From the NCBI RefSeq assembly GCF_041916435.1, contig NZ_JAYRZM010000007.1, positions 241,651-305,650 of the forward strand: DNA of 64,000 bases, written 5' to 3'. This DNA is from Phenylobacterium sp. (GTDB lineage Bacteria > Pseudomonadota > Alphaproteobacteria > Caulobacterales > Caulobacteraceae). Every line of letters begins with the position of its first letter. Within the stretch, counting starts at the first letter, position 1. The notes beneath the pieces were generated by a model. That model was not told the DNA's origin. It worked only from the letters and a program-made list of their open reading frames with translations, and made no database searches. This document shows, in pieces, positions 18,625 to 27,915 of this stretch. The position numbers and the translations under genes are program-made.

Positions 18625-19362
18625 ATGATCGAACAGACCGTCGAGATCCCGACCAAGGACGGCTTCGCCACCACCTTCATCTGCCATCCCGAGCGGGGCG
18701 GCGCCCATCCGGTGATCCTGTTCTTCATGGACGCCCCGGCGATCCGCGAGGAGCTGCGCGACATGGTCCGGCGCCTGGCCAGCGTCGGCTACTACGTGAT
18801 GTTGCCCAACATGTACTACCGGCGCGGCGTCATGGAGCTGGCCGATCTGCCGCCGCTCGACCCCAAGGCGTCGATGGAGCGGGTGTTCGACCTCATGAAC
18901 TCGCTGAACATCGACCTCGTGATGGACGACGCCGAGGCGCTGTTCGCCTACGCCGACGGGCAGGCGGCGGCGTCGGACGGTCCGGCCGGGGCCATGGGCT
19001 ACTGCATGAGCGGGCAGTACGCGATCAACGCGGCCGCGCGCTGGCCCGCCAGGGTGGCGGCGGCGGCTTCGATCTACGGCACCATGCTGGTCACCGACCG
19101 CAAGGACAGTCCGCACCTGATGGCGCAGAAGGCCGACGCCGAGCTCTATTTCGCCTGCGCCGAGGTGGATCGCTGGGCGCCGCTGGAGACGATCGAGGAA
19201 CTGACCCAGTCGCTCGCCTCGACGAGCGTCGACGCCGAGGTGGAGATCTACCCCGGCGTCGAGCACGGCTTCGCATTCCCCCAGCGCGCGGCCTACAACC
19301 GCGACGCCGCGGAGCGCCACTGGGAGCGGCTGTTCAGCCTGTTCCGGCGGAGGCTGGGGTAG
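18625..19362 (+). CDS. Dienelactone hydrolase family protein
   Basis: MDAPAIRE, GYCMSG nucleophile elbow, YPGVEHGF. Confidence 0.92.
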   Translation: MIEQTVEIPTKDGFATTFICHPERGGAHPVILFFMDAPAIREELRDMVRRLASVGYYVMLPNMYYRRGVMELADLPPLDPKASMERVFDLMNSLNIDLVMDDAEALFAYADGQAAASDGPAGAMGYCMSGQYAINAAARWPARVAAAASIYGTMLVTDRKDSPHLMAQKADAELYFACAEVDRWAPLETIEELTQSLASTSVDAEVEIYPGVEHGFAFPQRAAYNRDAAERHWERLFSLFRRRLG

Positions 19363-19366
19363 GCGG

Positions 19367-20623
19367 TCAGGTCCGCGTGGGGATCACGACCGGCAGGCGC
19401 TCGTAGCCCTTCACGAACACCGAGTACGAACGCTTCGGCTCGTCTAGCACCTCGATCCGCGGGAAGCGCTTCATGATCTCTTCCCAGATGATCTTGAGCT
19501 GCAGCTCGGCCAGGCGGTTGCCCACGCAGCGGTGGATGCCGAAGCCGAACGAGATGTGGTGGCGGGGCCGCTCGCGGTCGATGATGTAGGCGTTCGGGTT
19601 GTCGATCACCTCGTCGTCGCGGTTGGCCGAGACGTACCACATGACGACCTTGTCGCCTTCGCGGATCTTCTTGCCCTGGACCTCGACGTCCCGGGTCGCG
19701 CGGCGGCGCATGTGCGCCAGCGGCGTCTGCCAGCGGATCGTTTCCGACACCATCGAGGGGATGAGGTCGGGATTGGCGCGCAGCTTGTCGTACTGGTCGG
19801 GGTTCTTGTTCAGGGCGTAGACCGACCCGGAGATGGTGTTGCGGGTGGTGTCGTTGCCGCCGACGGTCAGCAGCACGACGTTGCCGAAGTATTCGCGCGG
19901 CTCCATGTTCTTGGTCGCCTCGCTGTGCGCCAGCATGGAGATCAGGTCGTCGGTGGGCTTGGAGGCCACGCGGTCCTTCCACACCTCGTCGAAGTAGGCG
20001 CGGTACTCCATGAAGATCTGCATCTTGTGTTCGAAGGAGTCGACCAGGCCCTGGCCGGGCGCGGCGGTGACCACGTCGGACCAGTAGGTCAGCTTGCGCC
20101 GGTCCTCCTGCGGGATGCCGAAGAGCGTGGCGAGCGTCATCGCCGTCAGCTCCATCGACACCTTGTCGACCCAGTCGAACTCCTCGCCGATCGGCAGGCT
20201 GTCGAGGATCTTCGCCGCGCGCTCGCGGATCAGCGGCTCGAGGATCGCCAGGTTGTGCGGCGAGACGGCCGGGCTGACGGTCTTGCGCTGGATGTCGTGC
20301 TTGGGCGGGTCCATGGCGATGAACATGGGCAGGGGGCCTTCGTCGCCCTGCTGCTCCATGATCGTGATGCCCGGCTCGGACGAGAAGGCGTCGTGGTTGG
20401 TGTCCACGGCCATGACGTCGTTGAACTTGGTGATCGACCAGTAGGCCCCGAAATCGCTCTCGGGCGTGTAGTGGACCGGGCTCTCCTTGCGCAGGCGCTC
20501 GAAGTACGGCCACATCGCGTCGGCCTGGAACAGCGCCGGCTGCGCCGGGTTCAGCAACTCGAGCGGCGTCGCATAGGCCTCGGCTTCAGCCGCCTTGCGA
20601 ATGTCCACAGTTCCATCGGCCAT
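19367..20623 (-). CDS. Cytochrome P450, CYP153-like
   Basis: MFIAMDPPKH, LLTVGGNDTT, ETIRWQTPLAHMRR, FGFGIHRCVG. Confidence 0.92.
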   Translation of the reverse strand: MADGTVDIRKAAEAEAYATPLELLNPAQPALFQADAMWPYFERLRKESPVHYTPESDFGAYWSITKFNDVMAVDTNHDAFSSEPGITIMEQQGDEGPLPMFIAMDPPKHDIQRKTVSPAVSPHNLAILEPLIRERAAKILDSLPIGEEFDWVDKVSMELTAMTLATLFGIPQEDRRKLTYWSDVVTAAPGQGLVDSFEHKMQIFMEYRAYFDEVWKDRVASKPTDDLISMLAHSEATKNMEPREYFGNVVLLTVGGNDTTRNTISGSVYALNKNPDQYDKLRANPDLIPSMVSETIRWQTPLAHMRRRATRDVEVQGKKIREGDKVVMWYVSANRDDEVIDNPNAYIIDRERPRHHISFGFGIHRCVGNRLAELQLKIIWEEIMKRFPRIEVLDEPKRSYSVFVKGYERLPVVIPTRT

Positions 20624-20646
20624 AGATCAATCCTCCCAATCGGGTT

Positions 20647-20679
20647 TTGCTACCCAAAGATGACGCTTGCGTCAACTTT
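20647..20679 (-). promoter_or_regulatory. Sigma70-like promoter of the P450 gene overlapped by a palindromic operator
   Basis: Minus strand TTGACG-N17-TAGCAA; palindrome AAAG-A-TGACGC-TT-GCGTCA-A-CTTT at 20656-20679. Confidence 0.6.
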
Positions 20680-20795
20680 CCTCTGCGCGATCTCGCGACC
20701 GTGATCGCTTTCCAGGCGAGGGGTGCACGAGCGGCCCCGAGGTGTATGACAGGGCCAAACACAGCCTGGCGCGGGTGCGCCGGACCTGGGAGCAG

Positions 20796-22919
20796 ATGAT
20801 GAACCATTGGAAACGCTGGGCCTTCGGCGCGATCGCGCCGTTGGTCCTGACAGCTTGCGCCACCACCGGCGCGCCGGCCGCGGCCCCCGAGGCGCCGCCC
20901 ATGCCGCCCGCGGCCACGGCCGAGAAGCCCAAGCCGCAGTACGGGGCCTTCGGGTTCGACGCCGCCGGCATGGATGCGTCGGTCAAGCCCGGCGACGACT
21001 TCTTCGAGTACGCCGACGGCGGCTGGGTCAAGGCCACCGAGATTCCGGCCGACCGGTCGACGTTCAACACCTTCGCCGTGCTGCGTGAGCTGGCCTCGAA
21101 ACGCACGGCCGAGATCATCGACGAGGCCGCCAAGAGCGACGCGCCGGCCGGCTCCAACGCCCGCAAGATCGGCGACTACTATTCGAGCTTCATGGACGAG
21201 GCGAAGATCGAGGCCTTGGGCGCTGCGCCGCTGAAGCCGGAACTCGCCCGCATCGCCGCGATCGGCGACCGCAAGGCCCTGGCCCGCGAACTCGGCGCGG
21301 GCCTGCGCGCCGACGTCGATCCCCTGAACGCCACCAACCTGCACACCGACCGCCTCTTCGGCCTGTGGGTCGCCGAGGCGCTGGACGACACCAGCCGCTA
21401 CCGGCCCTACCTGCTGCAGGGCGGGCTCGGCATGCCCGACCGCGAATACTACCTGTCCGACAACGAGCGCCTCACCGCCGTGCGCGCCGACTATGAGGCC
21501 CACATCGGCCGCGTGCTGGCGCTGGCCGGCTTCGACGACGTGGCGGCGCGCGCCAAGCGCGTCCTCGCCCTGGAGACAGCGATGGCCAAGGTCCACTGGA
21601 CGACGGTGGATTCCAGCGACATCGACCGCAACAAGACGGTCTGGAAGCAGGCCGATTTCGCCGCCAAGGCGCCGGGCCTGGACTGGAACGCCTATTTCAC
21701 GGCAGCGGGCCTCGCCGACCAGCCCGAATTCGGCGTCTGGCAGCCCTCGGCGATCGCGGGGCTGGCCAAGCTGGTCGGCGACCAGCCGCTGCAGACCTGG
21801 CGCGACTACCTGGCCTTCCACGCCGTCGAGCAGGGCGCGCCCTATCTGTCCAAGGCCTTCGTCGACGAGAACTTCGCCTTCAACGGCAAGACCCTGTCGG
21901 GCGTGCCCGAGCAGCGCGCCCGCTGGAAGCGCGGGGTGGACGCCACCAGCGACGCCCTCGGCGAGGCGGTCGGCCAGCTCTACGTCGCCCGATACTTCCC
22001 GCCGCAGGCCAAGGCCGAGGCCCAGGCCATGGTCAAGAACATCCTGGCCGCCTTCGACGCGCGCATCGAACGGCTCGACTGGATGACGCCCGCCACCAAG
22101 GCCAAGGCGCACGAGAAGCTCGCCAACTTCCAGGTGGGCGTCGGCTATCCCGACAAGTGGCGCGACTATTCGGGGCTTGAGGTCGTCACCGGCGACGCCT
22201 TCGGCAACCACCAGCGCGCCGAGCTCTTCGAGTACAGGCGCAACCTCGCCAAGCTGGGCCGGCCCGTCGATCGCGGCGAATGGTACATGACGCCCCAGAC
22301 GGTCAACGCGCTGAACGCGCCGCTGCAGAACTCGATCATCTTCCCGGCCGCGATCCTGGAGCCGCCGTTCTTCGATCCGGCGGCCGATCCGGCGGTGAAT
22401 TACGGCGCCATCGGCGGGGTGATCGGCCACGAGATCACCCACGGCTTCGACGACCTCGGCGCCATGTTCGACGCCCAGGGGAACCTGCGGAACTGGTGGA
22501 CGCCCGAAGACCTCGCCTATTTCAAGAAGGCGTCGGCGGCCCTGATCAGCCAGTATGACGCCTACCAGCCGCTGCCGGACCTGAAGCTCAACGGCGCGCA
22601 GACGCTCAGCGAGAACATCGCCGACCTCGGCGGGCTTTCGACGGCGCTCGACGCCTATCACCTGTCGCTGGGCGGCCAGCCGGCGCCGGTGATCGACGGC
22701 TTCACCGGCGACCAGCGGGTGTTCCTGGGGTGGGCGCAGAACTACCGCTCCAAGGCCCGCGACGCGGCGCTGCGCCGCCAGGTGCTGACCGACGTGCACT
22801 CGCCGGGCGAATACCGCGCCGACACGGTGCGCAACCTCGACGCCTGGTATTCGGCCTTCGACGTCCAGCCGGACCAGAAGCTCTACCTGCCGCCCGAGGG
22901 CCGCGTGCGCATCTGGTGA
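20796..22919 (+). CDS. M13 family zinc metallopeptidase, lipoprotein
   Basis: Lipobox LTAC; PGDDFF, VNA, IGHEITHGFDD, ENIAD, HSP. Confidence 0.94.
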   Translation: MMNHWKRWAFGAIAPLVLTACATTGAPAAAPEAPPMPPAATAEKPKPQYGAFGFDAAGMDASVKPGDDFFEYADGGWVKATEIPADRSTFNTFAVLRELASKRTAEIIDEAAKSDAPAGSNARKIGDYYSSFMDEAKIEALGAAPLKPELARIAAIGDRKALARELGAGLRADVDPLNATNLHTDRLFGLWVAEALDDTSRYRPYLLQGGLGMPDREYYLSDNERLTAVRADYEAHIGRVLALAGFDDVAARAKRVLALETAMAKVHWTTVDSSDIDRNKTVWKQADFAAKAPGLDWNAYFTAAGLADQPEFGVWQPSAIAGLAKLVGDQPLQTWRDYLAFHAVEQGAPYLSKAFVDENFAFNGKTLSGVPEQRARWKRGVDATSDALGEAVGQLYVARYFPPQAKAEAQAMVKNILAAFDARIERLDWMTPATKAKAHEKLANFQVGVGYPDKWRDYSGLEVVTGDAFGNHQRAELFEYRRNLAKLGRPVDRGEWYMTPQTVNALNAPLQNSIIFPAAILEPPFFDPAADPAVNYGAIGGVIGHEITHGFDDLGAMFDAQGNLRNWWTPEDLAYFKKASAALISQYDAYQPLPDLKLNGAQTLSENIADLGGLSTALDAYHLSLGGQPAPVIDGFTGDQRVFLGWAQNYRSKARDAALRRQVLTDVHSPGEYRADTVRNLDAWYSAFDVQPDQKLYLPPEGRVRIW

Positions 22920-23713
22920 GCCGGATCGTCCGCATCGACGATCCCGACGATCCGCGCATCGCCCCCTTCCGGGCGGTGCGCGAGCGGGACCTCGTGGGCC
23001 GGGAAGGGCGCTTCATCGCCGAGGGCGAGGTGGTGGCGCGCCTGCTCGCCCGCGCGCCCGGGCACAGGCCGCTCGCGCTCTTGCTGGCCGAGCAGCGGTT
23101 GGAGGCGCAGGCCGATCTGATCGCGGCCTTTCCCGAGGCGGTTCCGGTCTACGCCGCCGCCCAGCCGGTGATGGACGCCATCGTCGGCTTTCACATCCAC
23201 CGCGGCATCCTGGCCCTGGGCGAGCGTGCGCCTGAGCCGGACCCCGACGCCCTCATGGCCGGCCTGCCAGGCGATGCGGTGGTCGTGGCGGTCTGCGGGG
23301 TCGGCAACCACGACAACATGGGCGGGATCTTCCGCAACGCCGCCGCCTTCGGCGCCGACGCGGTGGTCCTCGACGCCGGGTGCTGCGATCCGCTCTATCG
23401 CAAGGCCATCCGCGTCTCGGTCGGCGCGGCGCTGATCACGCCGACGGCGCGCCTGGGGCAGGGCGCCGACGTCATCGGTCTCCTGCAGCGCCACGGCTTC
23501 GCGCCGCTGGCCCTCAGCCCGTCCGGCGAGACGGCGCTTTCCGCCTTTCGCCCGAGCGGGCGCACGGCGATCATCCTCGGCGCCGAAGGACCCGGCCTGG
23601 CCCCGGAACTGATGGCCCGCGCCCGCACGATCCGCATCCCCATGGCCGCCGGCTTCGATTCCCTGAACGTGGCCGTGACCAGCGGGATCGTGCTGCATCA
23701 CCTGAAGGCGTAG
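22916..23713 (+). CDS. TrmH/SpoU RNA methyltransferase
   Basis: NMGGIFRNAAAFG, LGAEGPGL, IPM..FDSLNVA; GTGA overlap. Confidence 0.9.
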   Translation: MSRIVRIDDPDDPRIAPFRAVRERDLVGREGRFIAEGEVVARLLARAPGHRPLALLLAEQRLEAQADLIAAFPEAVPVYAAAQPVMDAIVGFHIHRGILALGERAPEPDPDALMAGLPGDAVVVAVCGVGNHDNMGGIFRNAAAFGADAVVLDAGCCDPLYRKAIRVSVGAALITPTARLGQGADVIGLLQRHGFAPLALSPSGETALSAFRPSGRTAIILGAEGPGLAPELMARARTIRIPMAAGFDSLNVAVTSGIVLHHLKA

Positions 23714-23788
23714 GCCGGCGGGCTGGCGGTGTCGGCGGACAGCGGGCGTCGGCTGGGCTATGGATGGCGCCGACCTGGAGGGCTCCCC

Positions 23789-24394
23789 ATGGCGAAGGGC
23801 CTGATCGTCCGCAATCTGCGAGGGGCCCTGGGCGGGCCCTACGACCTGGATGTGGAAGCCGGCGGCTGCCTGGCCGTCAGCGGCGCGTCCGGCTCGGGCA
23901 AGAGCCTCTTCCTGCGCCTGATCGCCGACCTCGACTGGAGCGAGGGCGAGGTCTCCATCGGCGAATTTTCGCGCGCGACCCACAGCGGGCCGCAGTGGCG
24001 CCGCCAGGCGGTCTATATCCCGGCCGAGTCCGGCTGGTGGCGCGAGCACCCCGTCGAACATTTCGCCAAGGACCGGGTCGAGGCCGCACGCGCCCTGGCC
24101 GGGCGGTTCGGCGTGGAGCAGAGCGCCTTCGATCGGCCCGTCGCTCAACTGTCCACCGGCGAGCGCCAGCGGCTGGCCTTGGTGCGGGCGCTCGTCCTGG
24201 ATCCGCCCCTGTTGCTGCTCGACGAGCCGACGGCCGCGCTGGACCCGGACTCGGTGCACGCCGTCGAGACCGAGCTGCTGGCGCGGCTGTCCGCCGGCGC
24301 GACGCTCGTCATGGCCACGCACGACGCGGGGCAGGGCGGGCGGCTGGGGGCCCGGCCGATGCGGATGGTCGATCGGAAGCTGGTGGCGGCATGA
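23789..24394 (+). CDS. ABC ATPase, FetA/YbbL-like
   Basis: GASGSGKS, LSTGERQR, LLLDEP. Confidence 0.85.
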   Translation: MAKGLIVRNLRGALGGPYDLDVEAGGCLAVSGASGSGKSLFLRLIADLDWSEGEVSIGEFSRATHSGPQWRRQAVYIPAESGWWREHPVEHFAKDRVEAARALAGRFGVEQSAFDRPVAQLSTGERQRLALVRALVLDPPLLLLDEPTAALDPDSVHAVETELLARLSAGATLVMATHDAGQGGRLGARPMRMVDRKLVAA

Positions 24395-25188
24395 ACCCGA
24401 TCTCCCTGGCGCCCTCGGATCTGGCGATCACCGCCTCGCTCGTCCTCGCCGACGCGCTGCTGTCGGTCGTGCTGCGTCTGCGCCTGCACCGGCAGGTGCT
24501 GATCGCGGCCACGCGCATGGTGGTGCAGCTCGTGGCCATCGGCTTCATCCTGCGCGCCGTCTTCGCCCTGCATCATCCGGCGGCGACCCTCGGCGTGGTC
24601 GTGGTCATGACCCTGGTCGCCGCCCGGGAAGTGGCCGCGCGGCCCGAACGGCGCTTCGCCGACCGTTCCTCCCTCTGGCTCGCCCTCGTCAGCGTCGCCA
24701 TCGCCACCTATCTGACCGCCGCGCTGGCCCTGACCACCGCCGTGCGCCCGCAGCCCTGGTACGACGCGCGCTATGTGATCGTGCTGGTCGGCATCATCCT
24801 GGGCAACGCGCTCAACGCCGGCAGCCTGTCGCTCGACGCCCTGCTGGCCTCGGCCGCGCGCGAACGGCCCTCGGTCGAGGCCCAGCTCTGCCTTGGCGAG
24901 CGCTACTGGATCGCGATCGCCCCGCTGGTGCGCGAGGCGGTCCGCCGGGGCATGCTGCCGATCATCAACCAGATGTCCGCGGCGGGCCTTGTCACGCTGC
25001 CGGGGGTGATGACCGGCCAGATCCTCGCCGGCCTCGATCCGCTCGAGGCGGTGAAATACCAGATCCTGCTGATGTTCCTCCTGGCGGGGGCGAGCGGCCT
25101 GTGCGCCCTGATCGTCGCCTATCTCGCCGCTTGGCGTCTGACCGACGAGCGCGAGCGCCTGCGGTTGGACCGGCTGGTCTCGCGCTAG
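24391..25188 (+). CDS. ABC permease, FetB/YbbM (UPF0014) family
   Basis: RMVVQL, GIILGNA, GLVTLPGVMTGQILAG.DP..AVKYQI; ATGA overlap. Confidence 0.87.
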   Translation: MNPISLAPSDLAITASLVLADALLSVVLRLRLHRQVLIAATRMVVQLVAIGFILRAVFALHHPAATLGVVVVMTLVAAREVAARPERRFADRSSLWLALVSVAIATYLTAALALTTAVRPQPWYDARYVIVLVGIILGNALNAGSLSLDALLASAARERPSVEAQLCLGERYWIAIAPLVREAVRRGMLPIINQMSAAGLVTLPGVMTGQILAGLDPLEAVKYQILLMFLLAGASGLCALIVAYLAAWRLTDERERLRLDRLVSR

Positions 25189-25970
25189 CGGCCGCGGCGG
25201 GCTTTTCGCTCGGCCAGGAACTCGGCCATCGCCTGCGCCGGCTCGTCCGTGGTCCAGGCGTCGGCGAAACAGTCGATTCCGGCGGCGACGGCCTGGCTCA
25301 TCGGCAGCTCCTCCCAGCGGCGGATCAGCGCCTTCTGCAACTGCACGGCCCGCGGCTTGGCCGCGAGCAGCCCCTCCAGCCAGCGCTCGAGCGCCGCGTC
25401 CAGGTCCTCAGCCGGCTCGACGATCTCCACCAGGCCCCAGCGCAAAGCGTCGGCCGCGCCGAAGGTCTCGCCGATCAGCAGCATCTCGCGCGTGCGGCCC
25501 CAGCCGACCAGGCTGGGCAGCAGCGCCGCCTCGACCACCGAGGGGATGCCCAGCTTGACCTCCGGCATGCCGAAGTGGCTGCGGTCGGAGGCCGCGCGCA
25601 GGTCGCAGGCCGCGGCGATCTCCAGGCCCGCGCCCAGCACATAGCCGTCGATCCTGGCGATCACCGGAACCGGCAGGTCCCGCAGCGCCGCGCAGCAGCG
25701 ATGCACCCGCGTGATGAAGGCTCGGCCGCTCTCGGCGTCCAGCCCGGCCATCTCGTCGATGTCGGCGCCGCCGATGAACGCCCGCCCGCCGGCGCCCGTG
25801 AGCACCACGGCGCGCAGGTCCGGCTCGGCCGCGAGACCCTGCACCGTCTCCACGAACAGCTCCATCAGCGCGCTGTTCAAGGTGTTGAGCTTGCGCGCGT
25901 TGTCGAGGGTGAGCCGGGCGACGCGGCCACCCGGCCGGTCCTCGAATTCCAGGGTGACGACGCCGGTCAT
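25185..25970 (-). CDS. Enoyl-CoA hydratase/isomerase family
   Basis: AFIGGADI, LGAGLEIAAACDLR, FGMPEVKLGI. Confidence 0.9.
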   Translation of the reverse strand: MTGVVTLEFEDRPGGRVARLTLDNARKLNTLNSALMELFVETVQGLAAEPDLRAVVLTGAGGRAFIGGADIDEMAGLDAESGRAFITRVHRCCAALRDLPVPVIARIDGYVLGAGLEIAAACDLRAASDRSHFGMPEVKLGIPSVVEAALLPSLVGWGRTREMLLIGETFGAADALRWGLVEIVEPAEDLDAALERWLEGLLAAKPRAVQLQKALIRRWEELPMSQAVAAGIDCFADAWTTDEPAQAMAEFLAERKARRGR

Positions 25971-26110
25971 GACGGGACTCCTTCTTGCCGCCGCCACGTT
26001 CGGAGGGTTCGCCGTCATCTTCAAGCCAGTCGCTACGGGGCTGGACTTCTGGCCTCGAGTACGGCCCAATCAGCTTATTGAACGTGGGGTTCGCCAAGGC
26101 GGGTTCGTGC

Positions 26111-26752
26111 ATGAAGTATGGCGGCTGCATTCGCAGGGCGCACATCGGCGCCGGGGCGGGGGCCGATGATCTTGAGGCGCCCAGACGGCGTTATCACGTC
26201 GGCAACCTGCGCGCCGAGCTCATGCGGCACGCCCGCGAGATCCTGCAGGAGGCGGGTCTTGGCGGCCTGAACCTGCGCGCGCTCGCCGCCCGCGCCGGCA
26301 TCGCTCCAGGCTCGGTCTATCACCACTACGCCAGCAAGGCGGCCTTGCTGGCGGGCCTGGCCGCCGAAGGGTTCGGCGACCTGCAGGAGCGGCTGGAGGA
26401 GGCCGCGCGGGAGGCGCGCCAGGGCGAGCGCATCCGCACCTGCGCGCGGGCCTACTTCGCCTTCGCCCGCGCCCAGCCCACGATCTATGCGCTGATGTTC
26501 GATCCGGCGGTGATGACCGACGGCGAGGTGCGCTGCGCCATGGCGCGGGCCTTCGCCGTGCTGGAGGAACTCGTCGGCGTCGCCATCACGCCGATTCGGC
26601 CGCGCACGCCCGACGAACTGCACAAGATCGCCCTGGCGGTCTGGGCGTGCGGCCATGGCGCGGCGTCGATGACGCTCGGCCAGCAGGACGACTACGACGA
26701 CCTGATGGAAGACGTGATCCAGGGTCTGGACGCGCTGTTCCGCCGGGACTGA
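26111..26752 (+). CDS. TetR/AcrR regulator with WHG-type C-terminal domain
   Basis: YHVGNLR..L, LNLRALAARAGIAPGSVYHHY, WACGHG; start uncertain. Confidence 0.85.
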   Translation: MKYGGCIRRAHIGAGAGADDLEAPRRRYHVGNLRAELMRHAREILQEAGLGGLNLRALAARAGIAPGSVYHHYASKAALLAGLAAEGFGDLQERLEEAAREARQGERIRTCARAYFAFARAQPTIYALMFDPAVMTDGEVRCAMARAFAVLEELVGVAITPIRPRTPDELHKIALAVWACGHGAASMTLGQQDDYDDLMEDVIQGLDALFRRD

Positions 26753-26822
26753 CGCCCCCGGCGCGTCTTTTCCGCCGTCAGGGCTTGATTTTGCCGCCGT
26801 CGCCCGCTGCTTAGGGCGCGCA

Positions 26823-27845
26823 ATGCGATCACCCAGGATTCACGTGGCGGGCGCCGGGGCTTTCGGCCTGGCTTGCGCCGTGCGGCTGGCGCGGGCCGGC
26901 GCCGAGGTCGTGGTGTTCGACGCCGCGGCGCCGACGGCGAACGCCTCGGGCGTGGCGGCCGGCATGCTCGCGCCGGTCTTCGAGTCGGCCCTGGACGAAG
27001 CGGCGCGGCCTCACTTCGCGCTCCTGGCGGCGGCGCGCGAGCTGTGGCCGGCCTTCGCGCAGGAGACGGGGATCGAGCTCGACCGCCGCGGCGCCTTGGC
27101 CGTCGGCGACGCGGACCGCCTCGAGGCCCTGGCCGCCAAGGTCGCCGTCTTCGACACCGCCGCCGCGCGGCTGGACATGGACCAGGCGGCGGCTCTCGCG
27201 CCGGGCCTTTCCGGCGCCTACGCCGGCGGGCTCTTCACCGCCGAGGATTGGCGGATCGACGCGGCCGCGGCCATCGCGGCCCTGCGCCGCGCGGCCGAGG
27301 CGCAGGGCGTGGTCTTCCGCCCCGAGCCGCTGCGGGACCTCGGCGACGCCGACCGCTTGGTGATCGCCACCGGCGCGGCGCAGGATCTGTCGCATCTTGC
27401 TCCGGCCCTCGCCTTGCTGGCGCCGATCAAGGGCCACATCCTGCGCCTGCCGGGGGCCGCCTATCAGGGCGTCGTCGTGCGCGGGCCGGCCGCCTACGCC
27501 GCGCCCGCGGGCGGCGGCCTAGCCGTCGGGGCGACCATGGAGGCCGGCGCGGCGGACTGCGCGATCGATCCCGCCCGGGCCGCGGCCCTGCAGGCGGCGG
27601 GGGAGGCGATGTTCCCGGCCCTGGCCGGGGCGGACGTCCGCCCCCTGGCCGCCGTGCGCGCGGCGACGCCCGACGGCCTGCCGCTGGTCGGGCCGACGGA
27701 CGATCGCCGCGTGCTGCTGGCGGTCGGCGCGCGCCGCAACGGATGGCTGCTGGCGCCGATGGTGTCGCGGATCATCGCCGCCTATGTGCAGGACGCCGAT
27801 CCGGGGGCGCGGGCCGAGGTCTTGAGGCCGGCCCGCTTTGGCTGA
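26823..27845 (+). CDS. FAD-dependent oxidoreductase, glycine oxidase/DAO family
   Basis: GAGAFG, ASGVAAGMLAP, PIKG, VGATME, RAATPDGLP, RNGWLLAP. Confidence 0.87.
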   Translation: MRSPRIHVAGAGAFGLACAVRLARAGAEVVVFDAAAPTANASGVAAGMLAPVFESALDEAARPHFALLAAARELWPAFAQETGIELDRRGALAVGDADRLEALAAKVAVFDTAAARLDMDQAAALAPGLSGAYAGGLFTAEDWRIDAAAAIAALRRAAEAQGVVFRPEPLRDLGDADRLVIATGAAQDLSHLAPALALLAPIKGHILRLPGAAYQGVVVRGPAAYAAPAGGGLAVGATMEAGAADCAIDPARAAALQAAGEAMFPALAGADVRPLAAVRAATPDGLPLVGPTDDRRVLLAVGARRNGWLLAPMVSRIIAAYVQDADPGARAEVLRPARFG

Positions 27846-27870
27846 GGGCTGGCGGGGGCCAAGCCGCCGA

Positions 27871-27897
27871 ACATGGTTAGCGCGGCGTTAACCATGT
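27871..27897. promoter_or_regulatory. CtrA-like box within an inverted repeat
   Basis: TTAG-N7-TTAAC (27877-27892), one mismatch to TTAA-N7-TTAAC; arms ACATGGTTA/TAACCATGT. Confidence 0.65.
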
Positions 27898-27915
27898 GGG
27901 CGCAGAACCCTTCCC

